Notes under the pieces: generated by a model | Told to the model about the DNA's origin: nothing | The model's database searches: none | What the model saw: only the letters and a program-made list of their open reading frames with translations | Translations under genes and position numbers: made by a program | IMG/VR virus record: IMGVR_UViG_3300048838_000585 | Coordinates: 1-24,293 of that record | Reading direction: 5' to 3' (one strand) | Source: a virus | Taxonomy: Duplodnaviria; Caudoviricetes | DNA: 24,293 nucleotides | In this document: positions 1-9,030 of the stretch, piece after piece | Position numbering within the stretch: the stretch's first letter is position 1 | How the letters are laid out: each line of letters starts with the position of its first letter

Positions 1-334
1 CGGTCATCCCAGCCAATGCGGCATCCCATTCCAGACCGCCCAGAATGTCGCCAATCTGCGCCTGTAGCTGCGCCTGTAGTTGCTGCATGGCTAGTGCGCG
101 CTGTTCTTCCGCAGTGGCAAGCTGTTCCTCGGACGCGCCCAAGTTCGCCAACTGCGCCGCGTACTCGTCCCACTGCCTGCCGAACTCGGCCATCTGCCGC
201 TCGAACTCGGTCATCCCAGCCAATGCGGCATCCCATTCCAGACCGCCCAGAATGTCGCCAATCTGCGCCTGTAGCTGCGCCTGTAGTTGCTGCATGGCTA
301 GTGCGCGCTGTTCTTCCGCAGTGGCAAGCTGTTC
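1..334. repeat. 207-bp-period direct repeat in tape measure gene
   Basis: 1-127 is identical to 208-334; period 207 nt = 69 codons. Confidence 0.95.
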
Positions 335-3300
335 GGCCGTGGCTCCATTCGCCGCAAGCCTTGCAGTCAGGTCATCGTAGTACCGGGTCAGTTCCGCAAC
401 GGCACGCTGGGCACCAGACAAGCCGTCGAGATAAAGCGCCCATGCATTACTGTCTAGCGTCTGCTGCAGCTCAGTTTGTACCTGAGCCAAGCGTTGCGCT
501 TCCTCAGCGGCAGCGCGTGCTGCGGCTTCAGCCGCCTCGGCTTGCGCCTGAGCAGCGGCTTCGGATGCGGCAGAACGAATAAGCGCAAGCTGCTCCTCGG
601 TTGCCCCGAGCGCAATCGCTTGGGCAATGTAACCATCAAATTGCCTCGTCAGCTGCGCAAGTTCGGCATCCAGTTGGGACATACCAGCAACCGCCGCATC
701 CCATGCGATGCCATCAAGCAAACTACTCAAGCTGGCCACGCGCTGAGCCTCAGCCTGGGCCAGTGCCTGCGTGCGCTGGCTTTCCAGTGTGGCCAGTTGC
801 TCCGCTGTCGCGGCATTCGCCAGCAAGGTTTCACGGTGCTCTTCGTACGCGCGATTGATCTGTGCCACCGCGCGCTGAGCGTCGGTCACACCCGCCGCAG
901 CAAGCTCCCATGCGTTGTTGTCGAGTAGGCCTGTCACCGTTGCAAGCTGGTCTGCGGTCTGTGTCACCACAGTGCCGACGTCGCCCATGGCTGCGTTCAG
1001 TGCGTCCGTGGCATCGATCACAATGCCCAAAGCCGCCGCCGCCTCAAGCCATTCAACAACCGCCTCGGCGCTGAGGGTTGGCAGTGCATTCTCGAACAAC
1101 TCGCGGAACGCCTGTGTGCCGCCTTCGCCGGTGAATTGGGTGTAGTCCATCCCGATGTCGCCGAACTCGCTGGCTGCACTGGCTTGTGCCTGCGTCAACA
1201 TGTATTGCGCGCGCTCAGCCTCGGTGTAGAACCGATCAAAGTACGCGCCCCATAGCGCCTCGGCGCGATCCAGCCCGCCCGCCGCATCCGTGATCGCCGT
1301 GGCCAGCCTCACGATATGCTCGCGCGTGCCGTCGATCTGTACGCCAGACATGTCCAGCGCCTGATCGAGCAAGGCCGTGCTCGTGGCCACCCGCGCATAG
1401 GTCTCGACCAGGGTCTCACTGCCGACGCCCAATTCTTCGACCAGATTGGTGATCTGGGTCAGCGTGCCGCCTTCGCCAAGCAAGCCGGCGCCGTGCTGAA
1501 TGTCCGTGGCGGCCAGCAACAGGAATTGCGCGCCCTGCGCCAGTAGCTCGGCGTCGTGACGCCAGCGTTCGGCGATGGCTGAGGCTTCGCCCATCGGTTG
1601 CGGTGTGGACGGCCCGGCGCCAACACCAGGACCGCCGCCGCCGCCGTACTCGGGCAAGGTGTAGTCGATAGGCCCACGGATGCCTGCAATGCGCGCATTC
1701 GCGCCCGCGATCATCGCGCCGACCGTGGCCTCACCAACCGCCTGCACTTGGGTGCCGAGGGCGGCGTCGATATTGGCAATGATGTTTTCGGCTGCGATGC
1801 GCTGGGTGAACACCTCCCAGCTCTCGGCATAGGTGCGCCCAAGGATCGTTCCCGCCTCGCTGGTCAGCTTGCCGTCCTTGTCGAACGACTGCTTGAAGCT
1901 GGCGGCCACCGATGCGGCCGATTCCAGCCCCAACACGCGCGCGGTTTCGGCATTGGCATCGACGATGGCCTGCCAGAACGCCTCGATATTCTTGATCGTC
2001 TCGGCATCCAGCGCGCCGCGTTCGGTCCAGCGTTTGCTTGAGCGCAAGAAGCCGCCCTTCTGGTAGATGTCCGCCCACTGGTCGCCGCTGATGCCGCCCG
2101 GTCCAAACGAGTACTGCGCACCTGATCCGGTGATCTCCGGCGCGCGATGGCCGAACACCCGCGTGACCAGCGAGCTACCGCCCAACACTGACGCCCACTT
2201 GTCGGACAGCCCCAACTTGCTCAGTAGGCCGGTGGCGAACTGGGTGATGATCTTGCCGGCGAAGTCCCAGCCGCCGCTGCCCATGCCATCGCCCTGCACC
2301 GTGCTGCCCCACGGGGTTTGTACCGATCCGCCGTCAGGCCGGTAGCCGTGCTGCCAGCTCAACAAGTTGGCGACCACGGCGGCAGCGATCCAGCCACCGA
2401 GCGCGCCTGCGCCCATGCCGCCCGCACTGGTCGCGCCACCTGCGCCTGTGCCGTAGCCAGTACCGCCCGCAAGCACGCCATACGATCCAGTCGAGCCTAC
2501 GCCGGTGTACGCCGCGAACGCGCCTGATCCGACCTGCGCGCTACCGCCCAAGCCAGCCAGCACGCCGTATCCCGCAGTGCCGCCTATGCCGCTCAGGTTG
2601 GCCGCGCCGAACAGACCTGCCCACAAGCTCTTGCCCGCACTCGCCCATGACTTCGCCGAAAACAACTGCCCGAACATCGACGTGCCACCCGCGCCACTCG
2701 CCCCACCGCCGCCAAACAACGAGCTGAAAATTGATCCGATACCCGTGCCGCCGCTGCCGGCCAGCGACAGGCCGCTCGATTTGTTGCCGAACAACGCCTG
2801 CATCAGCTTGAGCAAGCCCGACTGGATGAGCTGGCGCTTCATGTCATCAATCATCGCCTTCCACCAGCGCTTCACGCCTTGGCTGCCATCGGCAATCGCG
2901 CTGGCCAAGTCATAGGTGAAGCCCTCCCATGCGCGCGCCGATTGCTCGGCGGCCCATTGCGCCTCGCGCACGGTTTCGGCGTTGAGGTCTGCCAGATTCT
3001 TTGCATGCGTGTCGGCCGCCAGCTTGCGCAGTTCGGCCAGCTTGGCAATCTGCGCCTCGCTCATCGGCCCGAGATCGAGCCATTGCAATTCCAGATCGAG
3101 GATCCGCGCCTGCACGTCCTCGTAGTCCATCAGCGCGCGCGTAGCGCCATCGGCCAAGCCATAGGCCAGGCTGCGCAGCATGGTGTCTACCTCGCCGGTG
3201 GCGTCGGTGAGGTTTTTCGCGGCGGTGGCAAGGCTCTTGGTCTTCTTCGTCGCGCCATCTGCGCCGGTTTCGACGGACCCAAGCATTGCCTCCACACGCT

Positions 3301-4726
3301 GGCGCAACTCGTCGATCTCGTCTTGCGGGCCTTTGGCCATGTCGTACAGCGCAGCACCAAATGCCTTGACCCCCCCGAGCAATCCGCCTTCGCCGCCAGA
3401 AAATGCGGCACCCAGCGTGGCCATCTGCTCGCCGGTCAATTTCACCGCGCGCGCCTGCACCTCGGTCAGCGCGGCCCACGATTTTGCGATGTCGTTGTGC
3501 GCACTCTCGACGCCGGCCTGTGCCGTCTCATACGCCACGGCGATCTGCTGGCCAGCCTGCTTAATCGTGGCCATGTTGCGCGCGTTGCCGTCCGCCACCG
3601 CTTGCCATGCGCCATCGAAATCCAAGCGCAAAATCGCCGACTGGTATTCCTGTAGCGACTGGATCGAGTTGGCCAACAGCGTGCCAATGGTCGATGTCAC
3701 CGTGCCCACGATGTCGGCCAGCATCGCAACGCCGTTGACGATCACCTCGACCACGTTCTTGAATGCGACGCCGGCAATCGTGACTATCTGCAAGCCGGCC
3801 GCCAGAAATTCCAGCCCGCCCGCGCTCTCGTGGCTGGCGTTGGCCTCGGCCATCAACAGCGTAGTGATACCGTCCAGCACCTGCGCCAAGCTGCCGGTGA
3901 CGCCGGCGGCCTGATTGACGTTGTTGACGTACAGGCTCCATGCATTGGATACCTGACCGAGCGCTTGGCCTACCGTCTGCGGCATTTTGGTCATTTCCGC
4001 CTGCATGGCGGTCAGTTGCAGCCGCAGCGAATCGGCCACGATGTCGGCTGTCAGTTTTTGCTGCTCGGCCAACTTGCGCAGCTCGCCAACACTCACGCCC
4101 AGCGTGTCGGTCAACGCCTTGACCACACGCGGGCTGTTTTCCATCACCGATCGGAACTCGTCGCCCGATAGCACGCCGGAAGCGAACGCCTGCGCCAACT
4201 GCTGCACGCCCGCCGCCGCCGATGCAGCGGATCCGCCGGATAGCGTGACCGCCATGCTCACGGCCTCGGTGATCTCGCCAAGCTCCTGCTGCGAGATGCC
4301 GAGCGATTGACTCGACTGCGCAAGGCGCGTGTACAGCGTAGCGACCGACTCCAAGTCAGATCGCGCGGAAATCGCCACGGCCTGCACCGTCTGCTGCGCT
4401 TGCGCGTAGGCTTCGGTTGATCCTGTTGCAATGCGCAGCCGTGCGTTGAGGCTTGTCATCGCATCAGCGGTGCTCACAAGGTCACGCACCACGGCACGCA
4501 CGCCGGCAAATGCGGCCCATACCGAGGCCAGATTTTGCAGGTTGCGCAACTGCGCGCTGATCGATTCAACGCCGCGCCGAGCCATTGACAAGCCTGCGGC
4601 GGCGCGCTGCCCCGCTTGTTGGCTGGTATTGCCCAGATCGCCCATCTTGGACTTGACCAGGTCAACGCTTGCGACCACTCCCGTGGCGTCAGATTTGATT
4701 CGGAGGGTAACGGTCTGATCAGCCAT
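1..4726 (-). CDS. Tail tape measure protein (3' end outside window, >1570 aa; absent from ORF track because it has no stop in window)
   Basis: ATG at 4726 after GGGAAGG; reads MADQTVTLRIKSDATG...LYTRLAQS...GVQQLAQAFASGVLSGDEFRSVMENSPR (tape-measure N-terminal motif); Gly-rich hydrophobic middle; helical repeats; the segments I translated, including the one ending at base 1, are open and in the same frame. Confidence 0.93.
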   Translation of the reverse strand, partial: MADQTVTLRIKSDATGVVASVDLVKSKMGDLGNTSQQAGQRAAAGLSMARRGVESISAQLRNLQNLASVWAAFAGVRAVVRDLVSTADAMTSLNARLRIATGSTEAYAQAQQTVQAVAISARSDLESVATLYTRLAQSSQSLGISQQELGEITEAVSMAVTLSGGSAASAAAGVQQLAQAFASGVLSGDEFRSVMENSPRVVKALTDTLGVSVGELRKLAEQQKLTADIVADSLRLQLTAMQAEMTKMPQTVGQALGQVSNAWSLYVNNVNQAAGVTGSLAQVLDGITTLLMAEANASHESAGGLEFLAAGLQIVTIAGVAFKNVVEVIVNGVAMLADIVGTVTSTIGTLLANSIQSLQEYQSAILRLDFDGAWQAVADGNARNMATIKQAGQQIAVAYETAQAGVESAHNDIAKSWAALTEVQARAVKLTGEQMATLGAAFSGGEGGLLGGVKAFGAALYDMAKGPQDEIDELRQRVEAMLGSVETGADGATKKTKSLATAAKNLTDATGEVDTMLRSLAYGLADGATRALMDYEDVQARILDLELQWLDLGPMSEAQIAKLAELRKLAADTHAKNLADLNAETVREAQWAAEQSARAWEGFTYDLASAIADGSQGVKRWWKAMIDDMKRQLIQSGLLKLMQALFGNKSSGLSLAGSGGTGIGSIFSSLFGGGGASGAGGTSMFGQLFSAKSWASAGKSLWAGLFGAANLSGIGGTAGYGVLAGLGGSAQVGSGAFAAYTGVGSTGSYGVLAGGTGYGTGAGGATSAGGMGAGALGGWIAAAVVANLLSWQHGYRPDGGSVQTPWGSTVQGDGMGSGGWDFAGKIITQFATGLLSKLGLSDKWASVLGGSSLVTRVFGHRAPEITGSGAQYSFGPGGISGDQWADIYQKGGFLRSSKRWTERGALDAETIKNIEAFWQAIVDANAETARVLGLESAASVAASFKQSFDKDGKLTSEAGTILGRTYAESWEVFTQRIAAENIIANIDAALGTQVQAVGEATVGAMIAGANARIAGIRGPIDYTLPEYGGGGGPGVGAGPSTPQPMGEASAIAERWRHDAELLAQGAQFLLLAATDIQHGAGLLGEGGTLTQITNLVEELGVGSETLVETYARVATSTALLDQALDMSGVQIDGTREHIVRLATAITDAAGGLDRAEALWGAYFDRFYTEAERAQYMLTQAQASAASEFGDIGMDYTQFTGEGGTQAFRELFENALPTLSAEAVVEWLEAAAALGIVIDATDALNAAMGDVGTVVTQTADQLATVTGLLDNNAWELAAAGVTDAQRAVAQINRAYEEHRETLLANAATAEQLATLESQRTQALAQAEAQRVASLSSLLDGIAWDAAVAGMSQLDAELAQLTRQFDGYIAQAIALGATEEQLALIRSAASEAAAQAQAEAAEAAARAAAEEAQRLAQVQTELQQTLDSNAWALYLDGLSGAQRAVAELTRYYDDLTARLAANGATAEQLATAEEQRALAMQQLQAQLQAQIGDILGGLEWDAALAGMTEFERQMAEFGRQWDEYAAQLANLGASEEQLATAEEQRALAMQQLQAQLQAQIGDILGGLEWDAALAGMT

Positions 4727-4752
4727 GTCACACCTTCCCCAGTAGTGGCATC

Positions 4753-4968
4753 ATGTCCGGCATGAAGGCGCGTCGCATTGCATTGATCCTCGAACTGGCC
4801 GCATGGACCGCCGGCTTCGTGTGGCTGTTCAATCGACCTGGTGATGCAGGCACCAACCTGCTTGGCGGGTCGGTCATCGTGTTGGCATTGATCGGGGTAC
4901 GCATCGCGCTGGCTATCATTTGCGGGGCCGTCGCATCGGTCGCCCGTGGGCTGCTCGGGCGCGATTGA
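4753..4968 (+). CDS. Small two-TM membrane protein, opposite strand (moron-like); start may be 4762
   Basis: Fills the gap between chaperone and tape measure genes; basic N-terminus plus two hydrophobic segments. Confidence 0.6.
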   Translation: MSGMKARRIALILELAAWTAGFVWLFNRPGDAGTNLLGGSVIVLALIGVRIALAIICGAVASVARGLLGRD

Positions 4969-4971
4969 TCC

Positions 4972-5352
4972 TCACCGACCTTCCCTTGCCGACGCTTTCC
5001 GATTGCGCTCCCGCGCCACGCACGCACCCATGAAGGCCACATCGCGTGCAATCTCGGCTTGCTCGGTGCGCGGTATGCGCAGCAACCAGCACGCGGCCGC
5101 AATGGCCGCCGGGCCGATGCCTTCCCAGCAGGTTCCGCCCATGTGGCCGATGCCGGCCACCGGGCAAAGCTGGAACACCTCAACGGCGCGCACATGGCAG
5201 GCCCACATCTCAAGAATGCCTGCCGGCTCGCCTGCACCATCGTCGGCCATCGATACCTCGATGGTGCCTGCGTCATCGTCCGAGTCCTCGTCGGGCTGAT
5301 CCGGTTCCGGTTCGCGGTCGCCGCTCAGCGTGAGCGCCGCGTTTTCGAGTTT
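4972..5352 (-). CDS. Tail assembly chaperone C-terminal (gpT-like) frame, reached by -1 frameshift
   Basis: -1 frame open from the slippery site: KLENAALTLSGDREPEPDQPDEDSDDDAGTIEVSMADDG...AVEVFQLC...; position just before tape measure. Confidence 0.8.
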   Translation of the reverse strand, partial: KLENAALTLSGDREPEPDQPDEDSDDDAGTIEVSMADDGAGEPAGILEMWACHVRAVEVFQLCPVAGIGHMGGTCWEGIGPAAIAAACWLLRIPRTEQAEIARDVAFMGACVARERNRKASAREGR

Positions 5353-5672
5353 CCCCGGCGGGCCTCGCCAAAGTGCTCGAAGTAGGCGGCAATGGCGGCC
5401 GGGTACAGGTAGGCGCTGGCCGGGCCGGTCAGCACGGCATCGAAGCCGTCGCCGTCGCCAAAGCCGTCGAAGCGGTCGTAAATCTCACGCAGTGCATCTT
5501 CATCGCGGCCCTCGTACTCGCCGTCGACCACGGCCACGCGCAGCTTCTCGAACTCGGCCTTGCTGCGCACCTTGGCCTGGCCGGTGAAATAGCCGGTGGC
5601 CACGGGTGACTGGATGTCGATGCGGACGGGATAGGTTTTGACCGCGGTGATCTGGATGGTTGAAACGCTCAT
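5325..5672 (-). CDS. Tail assembly chaperone (lambda gpG-like)
   Basis: 115 aa between tube and tape measure genes; GAGGA RBS; slippery site at 3' end. Confidence 0.82.
   Translation of the reverse strand: MSVSTIQITAVKTYPVRIDIQSPVATGYFTGQAKVRSKAEFEKLRVAVVDGEYEGRDEDALREIYDRFDGFGDGDGFDAVLTGPASAYLYPAAIAAYFEHFGEARRGNSKTRRSR
5349..5355 (-). other. -1 ribosomal frameshift slippery heptamer G GGA AAC
   Basis: XXXYYYZ in the correct codon phase near the end of 5325..5672; -1 slip joins ORF 4972..5250. Confidence 0.85.
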
Positions 5673-5679
5673 GGTGTGT

Positions 5680-5759
5680 CCTCACAGGGTGGTTGAAGTG
5701 CCGTCTCTCCGGCTGTCACGTCTGGTCCGTGCTCGACGTTCGCACTTCGCCCTGTGGGG
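5680..5759 (-). promoter_or_regulatory. Structured intergenic RNA element upstream of tail chaperone
   Basis: Nested stems CACAGGG/CCCUGUG, GAAGU/ACUUC, ACGUC/GACGU and GCCG-GAGAGA-CGGC. Confidence 0.55.
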
Positions 5760-5764
5760 CAGGG

Positions 5765-6787
5765 TTATGGCGCAGCGTCGCCAAAGCCGATGTAAAACTC
5801 ATCACCGCCAGAACTCGACGGGATGCAGGGGCCAGTCAGCTCGAAGCCGTCGTCGCCATCGATGTCCACCTCGTTGATGCCCTCGATCTGGCAACGCACG
5901 CCCAGCTCGCTGTAGAGGCCATCCTTGGTGTCATCGTTGTAGAGTCGATACGCGGCCGTCACGATGATGCCGTTCTTGCGGATGAACCACGGGTCGAAGT
6001 CGGCGCTGATGTCGGTGGCAGCCAGGCGCAGGGTGAAGGTCGGCACGCGGTCGGTGATGCCGGACACACTCTTTTCGGTGTACTCGCGATAGGCCAGCGC
6101 ATTGCCGAAGTCGATGCGCAGCGCCTTGGCCCAGGTATGCAGATCGACCAGCGGCGTGCCGACCGAACCGGCCGTGCCGCCTTTGACCAAGGTGCCGAGC
6201 AAGCACGTCGAATTGCGCTTGCTGCTGACCACGGGCACCGTTGTGGGCAGGGTGACGGTCGGCATGACTTGCGTGGTCACCTCGGTGTACTCGCCCTGCA
6301 GCGACGCTTGGCCGGTGAACCGCTGGCCGATCTCGATCCCGAGGCTGCTGAGGTTGGCGCGTGCGCCCAGCACCTTGATCAAACGGCGGACGTGATACCA
6401 GTACGCCGTCGCGCTCGGAATGCCGGTGCTGATCGGGTTGTAGCGCGTGGTCTTGGTGGCCAGCACCTTGGTGGCCGCCATCCCTGCCGGAAACAACACG
6501 CGATCACAGAACGCGTCCGAGGTGCTAACCGCACCCGGCGTGGCCGGTGGGTACAGTTCGAACGTGCCTTCGATGGTGGCGCGGTGGTTGGCGGTGGCGA
6601 ACGAGTTTCCGCCGAAAAACGGGCGGTCCTCGTTGCGTTCGATCTTGTCGAACTCGGTGGAGCTGGATCCGTCGAAAAACCGGAACCCATCGGTGGCCGG
6701 CACCGGCAGGCTGTCCGTGCCCTCGGTAGCCTCGGCCTTGATGAGCAGGGCGCGCTTCTTGAAGAAATCGAGTGCTGGCTGTGCCAT
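5765..6787 (-). CDS. Major tail tube protein (siphovirus type)
   Basis: 340 aa, beta-rich and Thr-rich; N-terminal ALLIKAEATEGTDSLP pattern; position between terminator and chaperones; AAGGAG RBS. Confidence 0.85.
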   Translation of the reverse strand: MAQPALDFFKKRALLIKAEATEGTDSLPVPATDGFRFFDGSSSTEFDKIERNEDRPFFGGNSFATANHRATIEGTFELYPPATPGAVSTSDAFCDRVLFPAGMAATKVLATKTTRYNPISTGIPSATAYWYHVRRLIKVLGARANLSSLGIEIGQRFTGQASLQGEYTEVTTQVMPTVTLPTTVPVVSSKRNSTCLLGTLVKGGTAGSVGTPLVDLHTWAKALRIDFGNALAYREYTEKSVSGITDRVPTFTLRLAATDISADFDPWFIRKNGIIVTAAYRLYNDDTKDGLYSELGVRCQIEGINEVDIDGDDGFELTGPCIPSSSGGDEFYIGFGDAAP

Positions 6788-6793
6788 GGCGTG

Positions 6794-6961
6794 TTACTCC
6801 TTGGTGGTCTTGCTGCGTGGGGTGTTGGCTGGTTTGTCGTCGGTCGCAGGCTCGGCCGGCGCGGGCGGTGGCGCATCGGGCATCAGTCGCTTGCCCTCGA
6901 CGCGGTAGCCGCGTGGATCGCCAGCGGTGGGAAATGGCGCGGTGGTGAAGGGATTGCTCAT
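6794..6961 (-). CDS. Small Pro-rich hypothetical protein (55 aa)
   Basis: ATGA overlap with the upstream gene and AGGAG RBS; MSNPFTTAPFP... Confidence 0.7.
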   Translation of the reverse strand: MSNPFTTAPFPTAGDPRGYRVEGKRLMPDAPPPAPAEPATDDKPANTPRSKTTKE

Positions 6962-7398
6962 GGCTGCTCCTGATCGCGGTAATGGGTGCGGAAGATCACT
7001 TGGCGGGTCAGTTGCCCGCCGAAGAACTTGTCGGCCCCGCTGTGGCTGACCCACAACGGCTCAAACGGTGGCGCCGGTGACCAATCGCGCAGCGCAGTGC
7101 GCACCGCGCGCTCGATGCCTTCCATCATTGCGGCCACCTTGGCGCCGGTGCTGTCGCCCACATGCCGCGCCCACAGCACCACGTTGATCGTGGCCGTCAT
7201 GGGTTGGGCGTAGTGCTCGGCAAAGTCGGCGGGATCGCGGCCGGTTTCTTCCACCAGCACATAGGCGGCCGGCACCGCACGCGGCGGCGAATCGATGGCG
7301 GCCTGCAAACCGGCTGCGCCTTCGACGATGCGCAGTTCGGGCAGCGCGGCCAACCGCTCGATGACGGCGGATGCCGGAAAAGGGCCGGTGAGGCTCAT
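6958..7398 (-). CDS. Tail terminator / Mu gp37-like tail completion protein
   Basis: Start MSLTGPF at 7398 (GGAGG RBS, ATGA overlap); PAAYV and VRTALRDWSP motifs; position before tube. Confidence 0.75.
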   Translation of the reverse strand: MSLTGPFPASAVIERLAALPELRIVEGAAGLQAAIDSPPRAVPAAYVLVEETGRDPADFAEHYAQPMTATINVVLWARHVGDSTGAKVAAMMEGIERAVRTALRDWSPAPPFEPLWVSHSGADKFFGGQLTRQVIFRTHYRDQEQP

Positions 7399-8027
7399 GC
7401 CAGCACCTCCAACCCCACCATCTCCACCGTGACCGGCGCTGTCGCATAGACGCCATGCCCCCGGCCACCCGCGCTGCCGAAAACGATGCCGATGTTGGCA
7501 CTGTGCGCAATGGCATCGGCAAACAGGCGCGCATTCTGGCCGCCGTAAACGTCGCCCCACTGCGACGGGGTGAACGTCACTGTGATGACGTGCTCGCCCG
7601 GCGTGAGCGGGATTTGCTGCGCGCTGTACCAGCGATATGACGCCATCTCGCCGCGTGCGGTCCAGTCATCACCGCGTCGCTGGATGAGCAGTGAGGCCGT
7701 GGCCTGCGCGTCGGGTCGCTCCTGCGGGATGCATGGGCCTCCTGCCACGCGCAGGCGCACGGTGATCGTTCCGCCCACACGGATCGGCGGCGGCTGGAAG
7801 TTCTGGACGTAGTGCAAGTGGCTGGCCGGGTTGGTCGGTATCGCAATGCGCCAGCCGCTTGCGGTCGGCACGAGGTCGCGCTGGCTCATGCCCGGCGAGT
7901 AGCCGATGGCCCAGCCGCGTGCGTTCGGCGCGGGCTTGGGCGCATCGCCCTTGCGCTTGCCGGATCGGCTGGCGATCACCGCGCCGATCACGACGAGGGC
8001 AATGATCCAGAGCGCGCCGATGCTCAT
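7395..8027 (-). CDS. Membrane-anchored beta-rich hypothetical protein
   Basis: N-terminal hydrophobic helix, Pro/Lys linker, aromatic-rich beta-type domain; ATGA overlaps at both ends. Confidence 0.75.
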   Translation of the reverse strand: MSIGALWIIALVVIGAVIASRSGKRKGDAPKPAPNARGWAIGYSPGMSQRDLVPTASGWRIAIPTNPASHLHYVQNFQPPPIRVGGTITVRLRVAGGPCIPQERPDAQATASLLIQRRGDDWTARGEMASYRWYSAQQIPLTPGEHVITVTFTPSQWGDVYGGQNARLFADAIAHSANIGIVFGSAGGRGHGVYATAPVTVEMVGLEVLA

Positions 8028-8128
8028 CGGTTGCGATCCTTGCGTGCAGACTCAGCCAAAGCGAAAGCCATGAAGGCGAAAACCGCAGCGAGTAGCGTCA
8101 GGATGAGGCTGGTGATGAACTCGATCAT
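8024..8128 (-). CDS. 34-aa single-TM microprotein (not in ORF track)
   Basis: MIEFITSLILTLLAAVFAFMAFALAESARKDRNR; ATGA overlaps with both neighbours. Confidence 0.7.
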   Translation of the reverse strand: MIEFITSLILTLLAAVFAFMAFALAESARKDRNR

Positions 8129-9030
8129 GCCGTCACCACGTCGGTCAGCGGCACGCGATACCACGCGCTGCCCTTGCGCACTACGAGGCATCCTGTGCCT
8201 GTGCCAGCGCCCTCACTGCCGTTGCGACCATTGGTCACATAACGCACCGTGCCCGCAGGCGCGGTCGCGGGGAGGCCGGCAACCGTGGTGCCGGTCAGCT
8301 CCACTTGGTAGGTGTACACGCTTTTCCAGCGCGCCCACGATGCGCCGCAGAACTGCGTGTTGTCGGCGGTCGGCATCACCGCGCAATGCCACGTGCCGCC
8401 GCCGCCATTTTCGTACCAAGCGGCACCGGGCTCGCTCCGCGACGATGCCAGCCGCAGCATCGTGGTGTGGATCGTGATCTCGCACTCACCACCCCCCGGT
8501 GCGGGTGGAGGGCCAATCGTGATGCCCAGATTCCGGTCCCATGGGATTTCGGGATAATTAGTCATCGGCCCACCGCGCAGGATGTCGCCGGTCAAGCCTG
8601 ATGTCGTATCCATCGCTTGGATCGCGCCGGTCATCACGCCACCACTGAGCGGCAGCGCGCCGATCGCAGCACAGGCGGCTGTGCCCGATACGGCTTTGAC
8701 CAAGGCGCGTCCCGTGGCGGTGCTGTCGCTGATGTCCGCAGCCACGTGCGCGTGAGCCGTGGGCGTGCGTGCATCGCTCAGACGTGGGTCCGTCGTGCCC
8801 ACCGCGCCCGTCACATCAGCCACCGTCAAACTCGGTATGGGATGCACGTGATCGGCGCGGCTCGCCTCGGTGCTGACCCCCGGTGCAACAGTGCCAAGTG
8901 GCGCGGGTGGGGCGTCGGACAAATTGCCACCTGTCGGCCCAGCCGGCCCAGCCGGGCCGCGCGGGCCGCGCAACTGGCTATGGGCCAGCCGGTGCACGCG
9001 CGTGGCGATGCGCAGGATGGTGTCGGTCAT
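8125..9030 (-). CDS. Fibre-like virion protein with short collagen repeat
   Basis: GPRGPAGPAGPTGG; ASRADHVHP; DPRLSDARTPTAHAHVAADISD; ALPLSGGVMTG; PTADN...RWKSVY, all typical of phage fibres. Confidence 0.8.
   Translation of the reverse strand: MTDTILRIATRVHRLAHSQLRGPRGPAGPAGPTGGNLSDAPPAPLGTVAPGVSTEASRADHVHPIPSLTVADVTGAVGTTDPRLSDARTPTAHAHVAADISDSTATGRALVKAVSGTAACAAIGALPLSGGVMTGAIQAMDTTSGLTGDILRGGPMTNYPEIPWDRNLGITIGPPPAPGGGECEITIHTTMLRLASSRSEPGAAWYENGGGGTWHCAVMPTADNTQFCGASWARWKSVYTYQVELTGTTVAGLPATAPAGTVRYVTNGRNGSEGAGTGTGCLVVRKGSAWYRVPLTDVVTA

Noticed and set aside
16-582. + strand repeat-containing ORFs, or a CRISPR-like array
   Set aside because: The repeat is a 69-codon coding duplication in the minus-strand tape measure gene; there is no repeat-spacer structure
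2330-2780. Separate glycine-rich toxin or bacteriocin-like gene
   Set aside because: In frame within the tape measure; Gly-rich hydrophobic segments are usual there
2915-2928. Third copy of the late-promoter motif (GAAGCCCTCCC)
   Set aside because: Partial match inside coding sequence, lacking the -10-like hexamer at the conserved spacing
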